Origin: Eledone cirrhosa
Lineage: Eukaryota
Direction: 5' to 3'
DNA: 64,000 nt
NCBI GenBank assembly: GCA_964016885.1
Contig: OZ024741.1
Span: forward strand, 220,224,001 to 220,288,000
Below, in pieces: positions 41,830-54,692 of the stretch. The notes beneath the pieces are model-generated. The model was not told where the DNA came from. It searched no databases and was given only the letters and a program-made list of their open reading frames with translations. The position numbers were made by a program, and so were the translations under genes. Position 1 is the stretch's first letter; each line of letters opens with the position of its first letter.

Positions 41830-42202
41830 AATAAGATTTCGCTTCAAGCATACCCTAAAACAGTATTTCTTTAGAAATACGAAATTTCTATACATATTGT
41901 ATAAAGCAATGCCTGAAGCGAAATCTTATTTCTTTTCTATTATAAATGGAGCCAACTTATGCTGCGTCATATGCAAATGAGATTAATCACCTCATTTACA
42001 CAGACGAGAAAAGTATATATTCTCGACTGTTTTCAAGTCCAGCAGTAGCAAGCGGTGGGAGGGACCGTCCTGACGAGGGCAAGTCAAGCCTGAAATTCTT
42101 AGACGGTTGTCCACTTGCTTCTGCTAGATACCATCAGAGGACACCACCCCGGTGATTGCATAGCTAGGGCTTCCTAAAACCGTATTTCTTTAGAAATACG
42201 AA

Positions 42203-42207
<5 letters not shown>
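41824..42207 (+). mobile_element. Retrozyme-like monomer: 319-bp unit with 34-bp terminal redundancy
   Basis: cctaaaac(a/c)gtatttctttagaaatacgaaattt at 41854 and 42173, with an HHR inside and (TA)n flanks. Confidence 0.7.
42064..42107 (+). ncRNA. Type I hammerhead ribozyme
   Basis: accgtc CTGACGA gggc-aagtcaa-gcct GAA A-ttct-T A gacggt. Stem I extends as agcagtagcaagcgg/ccacttgcttctgct. Confidence 0.8.
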
Positions 42208-42244
<37 letters not shown>

Positions 42245-42724
42245 TGCAAACTCTGCTAAGAGTATTGCAATCACTTGTCAGATTACAGAGAATGGTGCAC
42301 TTTTAGGCTACAGCCAGTCTCTTGAACCTGTAACATATCCTGAACAAGTAACGCCTGTACTTTGAAGGATTTTTAAGTGGGTAAAGGCCTTGCACTTGAC
42401 CAATCCCACTCTCTGAGCATCGAAAACACTACCCGAAAAGGAGAACTGGTCAACAACATCGGATGCTTCCCAAGCCGCAGCTTTTTTCAGAGTTTCGCTC
42501 TCCTAGAAAGGTCTTGTGATACCAAATGTGGATCTTTCACTCCTAGGTGAAAAGAAAGTACTATTTGGACTCTGCTGATTTCTTCGGCCCTTTACCGGGT
42601 CTTGTATTTCATCCCGCAGGCTGTCCAAATATCACAAAACTTGGTGGGGTTGCCGGTTTAATCGCCGACAGGTTGTACTGGGTTACATGTTTCCAGTATA
42701 TACATATGCACATACATGCGTACA

Positions 42725-43083
42725 TCTATATATTACTAAAACTCTGTGATTGTGTGCTTGTCTGTAATTTAATACAGCCAAAACGGCGCATAATGGAAAA
42801 ATACGCACTTGAAATATGGAATACAAATGGAATAAAACAAGTTTCTCGTAAATCGGAGCACGGGCTCCAGAAATAGGGTTTTTTCTGGGTACCTTGATAA
42901 ATAGAGAGACAGAAAGATAAAGAAATGATTATGGTAGTGAGAGAGTGCATTGAACATTTCATTTTACATTTTATACATGTCTGTATTTATTTTACTTGTT
43001 TAAAAATTGTTTTGAAGGTAACATGATTTAAAAAAAACTATATTTCTATGTGAACGTGAGCCAACAGGTCACGCGTGGTTTAG
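42725..43083 (+). mobile_element. Possible non-autonomous Helitron
   Basis: Starts A|TCtatatattactaaaa. A subterminal hairpin cgtga(g)cc-aaca-ggtcacg is followed by TTAG (CTAG expected). Confidence 0.4.
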
Positions 43084-43235
43084 CATATTATACATACATG
43101 CATATATAAATTCATATATAGGATGTAGTCTGTCTATATTAATTCTCGGTGTCACAGTATAGATGAAGTTAGTTTTAAAATGTTTCCTATGTTGTTTTGT
43201 TGCAGCTTCTGTTGTCATCTCGATACACACACACA

Positions 43236-43279
<44 letters not shown>

Positions 43280-43380
43280 GTCTTATCTTTTATATAATTA
43301 TATATATTTGTCATTCATTCTCATTCACTTTCTTTCGTTCATTCTTATCTTTATCCATTTCAACTCTCTCTCTCTCTCTG

Positions 43381-43487
<107 letters not shown>

Positions 43488-43670
43488 ATGTGTATGAATG
43501 TGTGCGCCGCACGGGTATATGTGAGTTGTGTATGTGTGTATAAATATAATAAACATTCAAATATATATATTATGCAAACATAATGGATATTACATCAACA
43601 CACAGACATACACAGGCATACATAAATATATATATACATTCTTAAATACATATATGTATATATATTTATA

Positions 43671-43770
<100 letters not shown>

Positions 43771-43942
43771 AAGAATCAAAGAGCTGTTCAAAACATTATT
43801 GTGCTTACAGCTGTTTCCTCCAAACCGAGGTTTGGATTCTTCGGAGCAATTTATTAATGCATGGACAGTTATATGACCTCCTTTTCAGCCGAGAGACATA
43901 CCAACACATATTCAAACTATCCTATTAAATAAGGCACTTATC

Positions 43943-45568
43943 ATGGCCATGACCAATAGCGACCTGACTAGAGCCCAGGTTGATGTCATCCTTGCGGCCC
44001 GTAAAACCATAATCACCTTCGAGGACCAACTATGGACACGCAAGGATACGCACAACAACTTCGACATAACCATGGGATCTAGTGACTCGGCGCAGGTCAC
44101 TGATTTGGTCGGCCTATACCTCCTCAATGAAATCCATAAAGACCTCCCTTACCTCAACGGTGGTTTGTACCGCGATGATGCACTTCTACTCATAGAATAT
44201 AAAAAATTTAATATAGAAAGAACTAGAAAACAACTGCATAAGACATTCAAAAACTTTAACCTTAGTATCACCATGGACAAAAACACTAAAAATGTTAACT
44301 TCCTAGACGCCACACTATACCTAGACTCAAAAATATATACACCCTTCCATAAGCCTAATGAGAAACTTATTTACGTAGATACCAAGTCTAATCACCCTAG
44401 ATCAATATTAAACTCTATCTCTAAGGGGGTGTCCAATAGAATCTCTAGTCTGTCCTATGACGCAAACATATTTAGCAAAAACTCACAATATTACAATCAA
44501 GCATTAGCTAGCTCCGGCCATAATATAGAAATTGAGTTCCTACCTAAGAAAACACATAGCTACAACATCATCTCGCACAACATGTCCATGAGGAAATCTA
44601 ATAATAGGAATAGCAACCACAAGTACACCAAAGCGGAGGGTGCCACCGGAAGTAACCATTACCATGGAAACTACTGTGAGGCCTTAGGAGGAAGCAACAC
44701 ACCAAACACTAAAAGCAAAAATAGAAGAAGAAATAATACATTTTTCAACCCTCCTTTCAACCTAAATGTCTCCACCAACATACCTAGGGCTTTCTTCTCA
44801 CTACTAGATAAAAACTTCCCTCTAGGACACAAGTACCACAACCTCTTAAACAAAAACACCATTAAAATCTCATACTCCACGACGCCTAACTTAGCATACC
44901 ACATAGCTAGCAGCAATAATAGTAAAATTAGTTCTTACTTCCAACAAACAAAATCGCAACGGGATGCAAACCCTCTAAATACCACTGTAGCAAGCAACAA
45001 TAGCAACGGCAGTAACAATAGAAATAACACTAGTATAAGTAATAACACCAGGGTTGTCAACCTGAACACCCAAAATCCTATACCCACCACACAGACTTCC
45101 GCATTGCATTATAACCAGCGGACTAACGCACAGAATAATTGTAACTGTAGAGCTAATAGAACCTGCCCTTTAGATAAAAAATGCCTAACCAAGGATGTCA
45201 TATACTCATGCACAGTCACGACTAATAACTCTTCAGAAACCTATGTAGGCTCCACTTCTAACTGCTTCAAAATTAGATATAACTCGCACATCCACTCGTT
45301 CAAAAAGCACAGCCTAGCCAACTCCACCTCACTTTCTAGCTACATTCACTATCTAAAATCTAAAAATAAACCATACACACTCAAATGGGAAGTGATAGGC
45401 AGCGCGACCTCGTACAAACCACCTAATAAATTCTGTAACCTCTGTATACTAGAGACACACAATATTATCTTCTCCAACCGTAACCTACTTAACAAAAAAT
45501 CTGAGGTGTTTGCAACTTGCCAGCACCGCCTCAGACATTCCTTCCAAAACTTTAAGCCCCATATATAG
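43943..45568 (+). CDS. PLE reverse transcriptase (C-terminal part) + GIY-YIG endonuclease, 5' truncated
   Basis: ITMGS (motif B), GLYRDD (motif C), FLDATL, YVDTKSNHP, linker CNCRANRTCPLDKKCL, VIY...YVGST...RYNSH and CNLCILE...CQHR. The 541-aa frame is uninterrupted. Confidence 0.92.
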   Translation: MAMTNSDLTRAQVDVILAARKTIITFEDQLWTRKDTHNNFDITMGSSDSAQVTDLVGLYLLNEIHKDLPYLNGGLYRDDALLLIEYKKFNIERTRKQLHKTFKNFNLSITMDKNTKNVNFLDATLYLDSKIYTPFHKPNEKLIYVDTKSNHPRSILNSISKGVSNRISSLSYDANIFSKNSQYYNQALASSGHNIEIEFLPKKTHSYNIISHNMSMRKSNNRNSNHKYTKAEGATGSNHYHGNYCEALGGSNTPNTKSKNRRRNNTFFNPPFNLNVSTNIPRAFFSLLDKNFPLGHKYHNLLNKNTIKISYSTTPNLAYHIASSNNSKISSYFQQTKSQRDANPLNTTVASNNSNGSNNRNNTSISNNTRVVNLNTQNPIPTTQTSALHYNQRTNAQNNCNCRANRTCPLDKKCLTKDVIYSCTVTTNNSSETYVGSTSNCFKIRYNSHIHSFKKHSLANSTSLSSYIHYLKSKNKPYTLKWEVIGSATSYKPPNKFCNLCILETHNIIFSNRNLLNKKSEVFATCQHRLRHSFQNFKPHI

Positions 45569-47009
45569 CAATGTCGGACTGGAACCTAACACCACATCTA
45601 GCATCAAACACCAGAGACACACCCTATACTACATACCCAACACTAGCTGATCCATTATAACACAAACAACGACATCCCACTGGAACCCTTCGCAGGGAAA
45701 ATACCCATTTATACCTCTACGGCAGGTGTGACAACATCCACCCACCTGGACGGCACTACGCCGCTCTAAGGGTAATTTGAGCATGAATTGATCGGTTGGA
45801 TGGTGTTGGGCAGAGGAAACACCTTCCTTAGACAGATGTAAAATGATTTAATCGAGTAGCGCTGTTGACCAGTAGGACCAGGCCGCTGAGCGCAGTGAGT
45901 GAATGCAATGCAACTGCCGTGCGGGTTGTACGTATATGGATGATCTGACGGTCAGAGAGGGGTCGCGAGGACTGCGGCTTGACCTTTGGCCTGCCTGGGG
46001 ACGATTATCTTTCGACATCCAATGTAGCAAGCGATGACCCAGATCTTACCAGAGATCATTGGGTCCTGAAGCAATCCTGCAATCACCGCGCCTGGTCATA
46101 TGAGCAGACTACAACCATAGAGATCATTAATTTAGAATCCTCGCTCATCATCTATAATTTCCATTTGTAGCACCTTAAGATGGGTTAATCCACCCTAATA
46201 ATAATATGATCACCTTCAGCATAATTTAGTTAAACTACTCTATAGTTAGTACACTTTATGCTTTAAAAGTCTCTCTTGGAAGGTGCACCTCACCATAGAA
46301 TTTAGGGTCTATATTGAGACACATTTTAATGGCTAGATATAGAAACCCCAGAGTTACCTCCCCGCATGCATTAACTCCCCTTAGCCACACACACACTTCC
46401 GGTATTCAATGGCGTCTCTCGAAACGTAACAACCACCTGTATCGAACTAAAGAGCACCAGACTACGATCTCTAACTAGATTGTCGTGGATTATGTGAAAG
46501 GCATATAATCGAAATATACACTCCCTTGACCATGAAAATACCGAAGTACATGAATTACTTGACATCCATGCGCTGTGCATCTCCAATACTTATAACACTT
46601 TTAATGCTTGCACTATCTTTAATGCTTATAATATTTCTCCACACACAGACTATATCAATCATATAAAGACTTTGCCACCAGATCTACCAACCTAACACTC
46701 TTATTTACCTACCTAAGTGCCTCTACCACATATCTCTCTGCCACACTATATAAACAAGACGCACATGCGTGCCACACATATAACATTTGCACTATATAAC
46801 CACTTATCTTCATGTTGTACTTTAACCTATATCTTTGATTTTTGATTGTACCTATTAATATAAATGTAATCTCGAAGTGTGTACTGCCACTCTAAATTCT
46901 GTAATGAATGTTGACCCACAATGTTTGAATATGTATCAATGTTTGAATATGTGTTGGTATGTCTCTCGGCTGAAAAGGAGGTCATATAACTGTCCATGCA
47001 TTAATAAAT

Positions 47010-47056
47010 TGCTCCGAAGAATCCAAACCTCGGTTTGGAGGAAACAGCTGTAAGCA
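47010..47056 (+). ncRNA. Type I hammerhead with C4 variant core (inverted copy at 43802-43848 on minus)
   Basis: tgct CCGAAGA a-tccaaacc-tc-ggtttgga-g GAA ACAGCTGT A agca. Confidence 0.8.
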
Positions 47057-47260
47057 CAATAATGTTTTGAACAGCTCTTTGATTCTTATATTTCATATAA
47101 CTGCTCTGTAAATCATCTGATGTTTTTACATTGAGCTACTTAACTTACTGGTAATAAGGTAGTAATACATTACTGCCTACCACTATTTAGGGTGTGTGTA
47201 AAATACTTACAACTGCTTAAGGTTTTGTGTTTACATAACCATAAATAGTATAACTAATAC

Positions 47261-47328
<68 letters not shown>

Positions 47329-47381
47329 TACAGACGCACATATATATAGTTATATATTTATATATAAATTTATATATATGT

Positions 47382-47444
<63 letters not shown>

Positions 47445-47649
47445 AATTTATATATATATATACATATATACATAGATGCGTACATATATACATACATCAT
47501 GCATGTGTGTGTATAAATATACGTAGCTTTAAAGGCATACATGAAAAGCAAATATTAAGACATAAATATATGATAATATACTTTACCACAAGTTACATAG
47601 CAAATCGAATTTTTAATACCCAGAATACAAACAAGTTTCGGATCAATCA

Positions 47650-47685
<36 letters not shown>

Positions 47686-48077
47686 AGTAAATGAATCATA
47701 CCTGACCATGTATATCATCGATACTTAGCTAGATACATACATATATACAGACAAACATATTTATACATACATACTTACATATAAACATACTTACATATAT
47801 ACATATATACAAGCATACATTTACATATACATGCATTCATACATATGTGTTTATCTATGTATATATATATATGTGTGTGTGTGTGCGTGTGCGTGTGCGT
47901 GTGTGTTTGTGTGTGAGTGTGTGTGTGAGTGTGTGTGTATGTATGAGAGTGTGTGTATTATGTTCGGTTCGGTAAAACCATCAGCTTTGGATAATGTTTA
48001 CAAGCTGTTACTGACATAAAGAAGCAATGAAATGTTCCATTAATACGTATTTATCTCTACGCCCGGGCGTATGTGTT

Positions 48078-48156
<79 letters not shown>

Positions 48157-48221
48157 TTATATATATATATATGTGTGTGTGTGTCTGTTTGTGTGTGTTT
48201 GTTTGTGATTGTGTGTGTATT

Positions 48222-48265
<44 letters not shown>

Positions 48266-48597
48266 GGAAGACTTTACCATATAGAAGAAAAATGTTTTTA
48301 ACAGAAAATGAAAAGTGGTTCTAGAAATATATCAGGTTGGTAAATAACATCGCCTCACAAACACCCGCACCACACCACTAAACCTTCTCACACTTACTCT
48401 AACCCTCATACCATGCCTCTAACTCACCGGCACCCTCTTTAACCGCTGCTCAATCCAACCCTAACAGTCTCACTCTCTACCTAATCCACCCCTAACCCTC
48501 TCACTCTCTGCTTAATCCAGCCCTAACCTTCCTACCTTCTCACACTCCAACAGACACACCCTGGACGTTCCTCAGCATCAAATACTACTCCGTCTAC

Positions 48598-48788
48598 AGG
48601 CGGTGTATTGGCAGTATCGGTAGAGGGTCGGACGCCATGATTTCCAGCATAGTTACGTCCCTTTACGATCTGAGTTCAAATCTCGCCGAGGTTGACTTTG
48701 CCTTTAATCCTTACGGGGTCGATAAAATAAAGTACCAGTAATGCACTGGTTTATTTGCTGGCCTTGTGCATAAAGTAGAAACAATTAA
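48598..48788 (+). mobile_element. Full-length tRNA-derived SINE
   Basis: Same family as 13845-14450. Confidence 0.85.
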
Positions 48789-48898
48789 TGGCTGTTCTCA
48801 TAGATGAGATCATCAGAAACTTAGTGAAATTGTGGCACATCATTCTAAGCCATATTCCCTTAGCTGTGACACACATACCTTTATACAGACACACACAC

Positions 48899-48977
<79 letters not shown>

Positions 48978-48994
48978 GATATATTATTATATAT

Positions 48995-49048
<54 letters not shown>

Positions 49049-49103
49049 TATATATATATATTATATATATATATATAATATATATATATAATATATATAT
49101 ATA

Positions 49104-49203
<100 letters not shown>

Positions 49204-49326
49204 TATATATATATACTTTATATATAGTATATATACACTATATATATATATATATATACTTTATATATATATATATACTATATATATATATAATTTATAT
49301 ATATATATATATACTAGATATATATA

Positions 49327-49439
<113 letters not shown>

Positions 49440-49572
49440 TAGAAAGTGACGGTTTTTTTACAAAATGAAAAATAACCGAGGTGTCTTACACGAGTGAAAG
49501 TATAAGGTAAACAGATGAAATCGAAAATGCAACTGGAGTCTTTTTTTTTTAAATATATATATTTATTTGGTT

Positions 49573-49610
49573 CCTTTACCGGTTTCGCAGTTCTTCTGCT
49601 TTTCAAAAGT
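49573..49610 (-). ncRNA. U3-A8 variant hammerhead (plus-strand copy near 52984-53021 has GAAA mutated to CAAA)
   Basis: ctt TTGAAAA gcag-aagaa-ctgc GAA ACCGGT A aag. Confidence 0.75.
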
Positions 49611-50183
49611 AGAATTTAGATGGAGGGTCTGTGGTTTTTCTCACATCTGGTTGGTCTTTGAATGTTACTTCTGTTTTATATGCGAAAATGTGGCTCGAAA
49701 TGCCAGGTTTTTAGAGAATTAGTTTGGTTGGTTGGTGAATAAGTATAATAAATTTCGCGCCAGTTCGCGTTACAATGTTCTTAAAACAAAAAAAGTGTGG
49801 GGGGGTACTCAGGTAGTTGTTTCATATATGAGTGAAGTTTGGTGGGTTGATGCAGTCACGTGATGCAGTCACATCAGCTTTCCCGCCAATTTGTGTTTGA
49901 ATTTCTTTTTACTTAAAAAAAAAGTGGCTGACGAAGGGTTTTTTTTTATAAATGTAATTTGATTGGTTATAAATGAAATTATGACCGTCACGTGAACAAG
50001 TACATTAAATTTCGCGCCCGTATTTTGGAATGTTTTTATAGCCATTTAGAGAATTTTGTGCCAAACAAAAGATAATGATCAAGAAAAAGGGATGGAGAGA
50101 GTTGTTCTGAGTAAGACTGATGTGCCGAAATGTAATTTGATTGGTTATAAATGAAATTATGAGTGTGAACAAGTGAACAAGTG

Positions 50184-51547
50184 AATCTCTACACAACGAT
50201 CCCACACCAATACGGACTAGAAGCAATAGGATTCTGGCTAGAGAAATATCCCAATAAGATACTTGACAGAATAGAAAAAAGCTTCATCACCGAGGGATTA
50301 ACATTTATTTTAAAGAAGAACTTTTTTTTATTTCGATAGCAGTACTTACAAGCACATATCGGGGACTGCGATGGGTACAAAAGCCGCTCCAACCTATGTC
50401 AACTTAGTCATGGCATTCTTTGAAGTCCAGATATATGAACAGTCCAAATCAAAATACGAATTGAACTTCCACAAATATTTATCAGAAAATTGGAAACGCT
50501 ACTTGGATGATTGTCTCATTCTTTGGTCTCACACACTCGACCAACTAAATGATTTCAAAAATTTAATTAACGGCATCAACAACCACATCCAATTCACAAT
50601 GGAATACAGCCAAGATCAACTCCCATTTCTGGACATCTTAATCTTAAAAAAAGACACAAACATTGAAACTGACATACACTACAAACCAATAGATTCCAAA
50701 CAATACTTGCTATTCACCTCCAACCATCCAAAGCACACGAAGACGAACATCCCTTTTAACCTAGCAAGAAGAATTTACACAATTGTCTCCAATTATGAAA
50801 CGCAAAATAAAAGACTTCAAGAATTAAAGGAAATTCTACTCGAAAGACAGTACCCACCATTACTAATAAATAATGGAATAGGAAGGGCTAAAGCAATAGG
50901 CATTGATGAATTTCGAAAACAGAAACAAATTCAAGGTACGTCCAATATTCTATCATATATCTCAACACACAACCCAAGAAATACGGAAGCTTACAACACT
51001 ATTCACAAGAACATCTTACTATTGAAACACGACCCAAGAATGAAAAAAGCCCTTGAAACATACAAAATAATCAAAGCAAAAGACAACCGAAATCACATTA
51101 CTCACCAATGCCAAATTAGCTACCACAAACCCACAACCAACTGTCAAAATGTGTAGTCGTTCTAATTGAGGAACCTGCACTCACCTCATTGAAGGCAACA
51201 CGTATACATTTCAATCAGGACAAAATTTTGCTGTAGAAAATCACTTCACTTTCTCATCAAAAATTCTGATTCATGCCATTAAATGTAAAGAATGTAATGA
51301 AGATTATATAGGACAAACTAAACTCACAGTCAGAAACAGAATGACAGTTCATCGCCAACAATTACGAGATCCAACCACGAGACAGATACCACTAAGTGCA
51401 CATCTAGACATATGCGCAAGTAATAAGACACCCAAATTCCAAGTCTTCCCATTTTATATTTGCGCTGACAATACAACAGAAGAAATACGAATAAATAAGG
51501 AAAATATGTTCATTCAAAAATATAGACCAGCATTAATTACAGTTTAA
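50184..51547 (+). pseudogene. Frameshifted PLE RT + GIY-YIG ORF
   Basis: NLYTTIPH, GTAMGTKAAP, WKRYLDD, LPFLDI, SNHPKH, linker CSRSN*GTC, and IHAIKCKECNEDYIGQT...H...H (CCHH). Frameshifts near 50335 and 51075-51095. Confidence 0.9.
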
Positions 51548-52379
51548 TATACATTATGTCAACACCATAACATGCTAACCCTCCAAACAGACACATACAT
51601 ACACACACACATAACAACTTCTACTTTAGAAAATAAAAACCAGAACTAAAAAAACCTTAACATACGTTAATACTCTAACACCTCAACATGCTAAACACAC
51701 ATCCCCACACACACATAACTCCCTCCCCCATTTCTACTAACGGAATCATTTCCCTACACACACACAAAAAAATATATATATATTCTCTCCATCTTAACAT
51801 GCTAACCATACTCCCACACACACATACACACACACACATAACACCCATACACACACACAACTCCCTCCCCCATTTCTACTAATAGAATCATTTTCCTACA
51901 CACACACAAAATATATATATTCTCTCCATTTTAACATGCTAACCATACTCCCACACACACACATAACACCCATACACCCACACACAGCTCCCTCCCCCAT
52001 TTCTACTAACAGAATCATTTTCCTACACACACACATACACACACTCACACACACACAAGTACACAAATAGACATACATATCTCTACTTTCTTTATTTCAA
52101 TAGGAAGTCTGAATTCTGACACCCCGGCGCACCAGCCATATTCACTGAACGAGAGCAATTCTCCGCATCCCATTTTTCTTAACTTTTGTTTGGCACAAAA
52201 TTCTCTAAAAGGCTACAAAATAAATTCCTAAATACGAGCGCGAAATTTAATGTACTTGTTCACGTGATAGTCATAATTTCATTTATAACAAATCAAATTA
52301 CATTTCAGCACATCAGTCATACTCTGAACAACTCTTTCCATCCCTTTTTCTCTTTTACTTAACCATTATCTTTTGTTTG

Positions 52380-52521
52380 ACGCATTGAATTACGGCCCTT
52401 GCCATTCTGAGTTCAAATCCCGCCGAGGTTAACTTTACCTTTCATCCTTACGGGGTCGATAAAATAAAGTACCAGTAATACACTGGGTATTTGCTGGTCT
52501 TGTGCCAAAAAAGTAGAAACA
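52380..52521 (+). mobile_element. 5'-truncated SINE with a 15-bp target-site duplication
   Basis: attatcttttgtttg at 52365-52379 and 52522-52536. Confidence 0.88.
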
Positions 52522-53092
52522 ATTATCTTTTGTTTGGCACAACATTCTCTAAATGGCTATTAAAAAATTCCAAAATACGGGCGCAAAATTTAATGTACTT
52601 GTTCACGTGACAGTCATAATTTCATTTATAACCAATCAAATTACATTTATAAAAAAAAAAAGCCTTCGTGAGCCACTTTTTTTTAAATAAAAAGAAATTC
52701 AAACACAAACTGGCGCGAAAGCTGATGTGCTTATTTGCGCGACTGCATCAACCAACCAAACTTCACTCATATATGAAACAACTACCTGAGTACCCCCCCC
52801 CCCTTTTGTTTTAAGAACATTGTAACGGGAACTGGCGCGAAATTGATTATACTTATTCACCAGCCAACCAAATTACTTTTCTAAAAACCTGGCATTTCGA
52901 GCCACATTTTTGCATATAAAACAGAAGTAACATTCAAAGACCAACCAGATGTGAGAAAACCACAGACCCTCCATCTCAATTCTACTTTTGAAAAGCAGAA
53001 GAACTGCCAAACCGGTAAAGGAACCAAATAATTATATATATTTTTAAAAAAACAAACCCAGTGTCATTTTCCATTTCATCTTTTTTCATTTC

Positions 53093-53131
<39 letters not shown>

Positions 53132-53211
53132 TTTATATATATACATTATATATACTATATATATATATATACACTTTATATATATAAATTATATATACTA
53201 TATATATATAT

Positions 53212-53418
53212 AACAAAGGAATTGTGGTAAGGAACCAAATGGACCATAACGCACCATAGTACTCAATACTTAGGGTAGTAGAGTGGGAAATAGGAAAAAG
53301 TATGACCCCGATAACAGAACTCAAGTCGTTTCGACGGCTATTTCAGGACTAAATTAGAATTTTTAGCCTAAATTCTAATTTAGTCCACCTCTGCCTTCGG
53401 GGTCATACTTTTTCCTAC
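53212..53418 (-). mobile_element. Fold-back PLE-like terminal fragment, diverged relative of the 62648 family
   Basis: Shares gtggtaaggaacca..tggaccataacgcacca.agtactcaatacttagggtagtagagtggg with 62178 and 62648. It has internal inverted repeats. Confidence 0.7.
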
Positions 53419-53564
53419 ATATATATATATATATGTTAGACATGCAGTGACTAACAACAGAATGTTTTAAGTCTACGTGTCTGACATATATGCGTAGCTT
53501 GTGAATAAAACATTCAAGGGGTGTCGCTGGCCGTGGTAATGATCGCTGCCAAACATGTTTTGTA

Positions 53565-53800
53565 ATGTATCGTCTTATTGGCTAATTTAATCGTCTTATT
53601 GGCCATTCAACCAACGAGAGTAATTGTTGCACAAAAGCATCCGCCATTTTGTTTGTACGTTTATTTATCGTTTCGCTTTCGAATCTTCCTCCTGTATTTC
53701 GTCGTTCATCATCAAAATATTTTTTATCGTTTTGGTAAGTTATATTGTTAATTTATATATGATTTTTTAAATATATATTATCTATTTTTTTTTCAGTTCG
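53565..53800 (+). promoter_or_regulatory. Promoter-like segment (two inverted CCAAT boxes, YY1-type motif, short GT-AG intron)
   Basis: ATTGG at 53577 and 53598, CCGCCATTTT at 53641, GTAAGT at 53735, and (t)nCAG ending at 53796. Confidence 0.3.
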
Positions 53801-54230
53801 TTATAACATGCTTATAATATTGGTTGTATCAGATTTACTTGTATATTTGTCCATATTATTGTTCGTTTCATGTTAGATTATTTAATTATTATTATGTTAG
53901 ATTATTCTTTTTATTATTATGTTAGACTATTTGTATGTAATATTTAATTTTTATTAATTCTACTATAACAATTATTATGTAAAATATATTTATTTAATAT
54001 TGATTGCTTTTTTGTAGTTGTTTATAATAAAAGTCTGAAAATATTTTTATTCATCTTACTTTGACTCTTATTTATTTATTCATAAAATAACAATTATATA
54101 ATCTAATTTATTCATTTATTTATAAAATAACAATTATATAATCTAATTACATTACAACGATAATTTATTATTAATATATATCATGTTTAACTAGAGTTAT
54201 TACAAGCGTTGCCTTAAAAAATGTATTAAA

Positions 54231-54685
54231 CTAGACCTGAAAAATACGTAAGCTCAAAAGAGCCACAAAATGTTATAATAAACCTTCAGAAATGTGGGAT
54301 TAGAGTTGTTGCTAAAAAATATTGTAACCATTATCTATCGTACACTCTGTGGCACCCCTTTATAAAAAAGAGACTCATAACGAACTCGACACGATAATTA
54401 GACGACACGATAATTATTTAAGTGAATTTATAATATAGAATTCGGTTTAAGTGCATCTCGTATTAATCATTACTAAACATCTAATATGAGATATTGAACA
54501 TTAGCTTAAATAATTATCGTGTCGTCTTGAGTTCATTATGAGTCTCTTTTTTATAAAAGGATGTCACAGAGTGTACGATAGATAATGATTACAATATTTT
54601 TGAGCAACAACTCTAGTGCCACACTTTTGAAGATTTATTATAACATTCTGTGGCTCTTTTGAGCTTGCGCACTTTTCAGGTCTAG
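54231..54685. mobile_element. Fold-back MITE with inverted arms of about 170 bp
   Basis: ctagacctgaaaa...gagactcataa.gaactc is mirrored by gagttcattatgagtctc...ttttcaggtctag. Confidence 0.85.
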
Positions 54686-54692
54686 TATATAT

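Noticed and set aside
46030-46075. SECIS-like hairpin (ATGA...TGA)
   Set aside because: It has no apical AA, the spacing is wrong, and the upstream ORF has no in-frame TGA.
51167-51169. TGA at a conserved Cys of the PLE linker (possible selenocysteine)
   Set aside because: The copy also has frameshifts and no convincing SECIS, so a TGY-to-TGA mutation is simpler.
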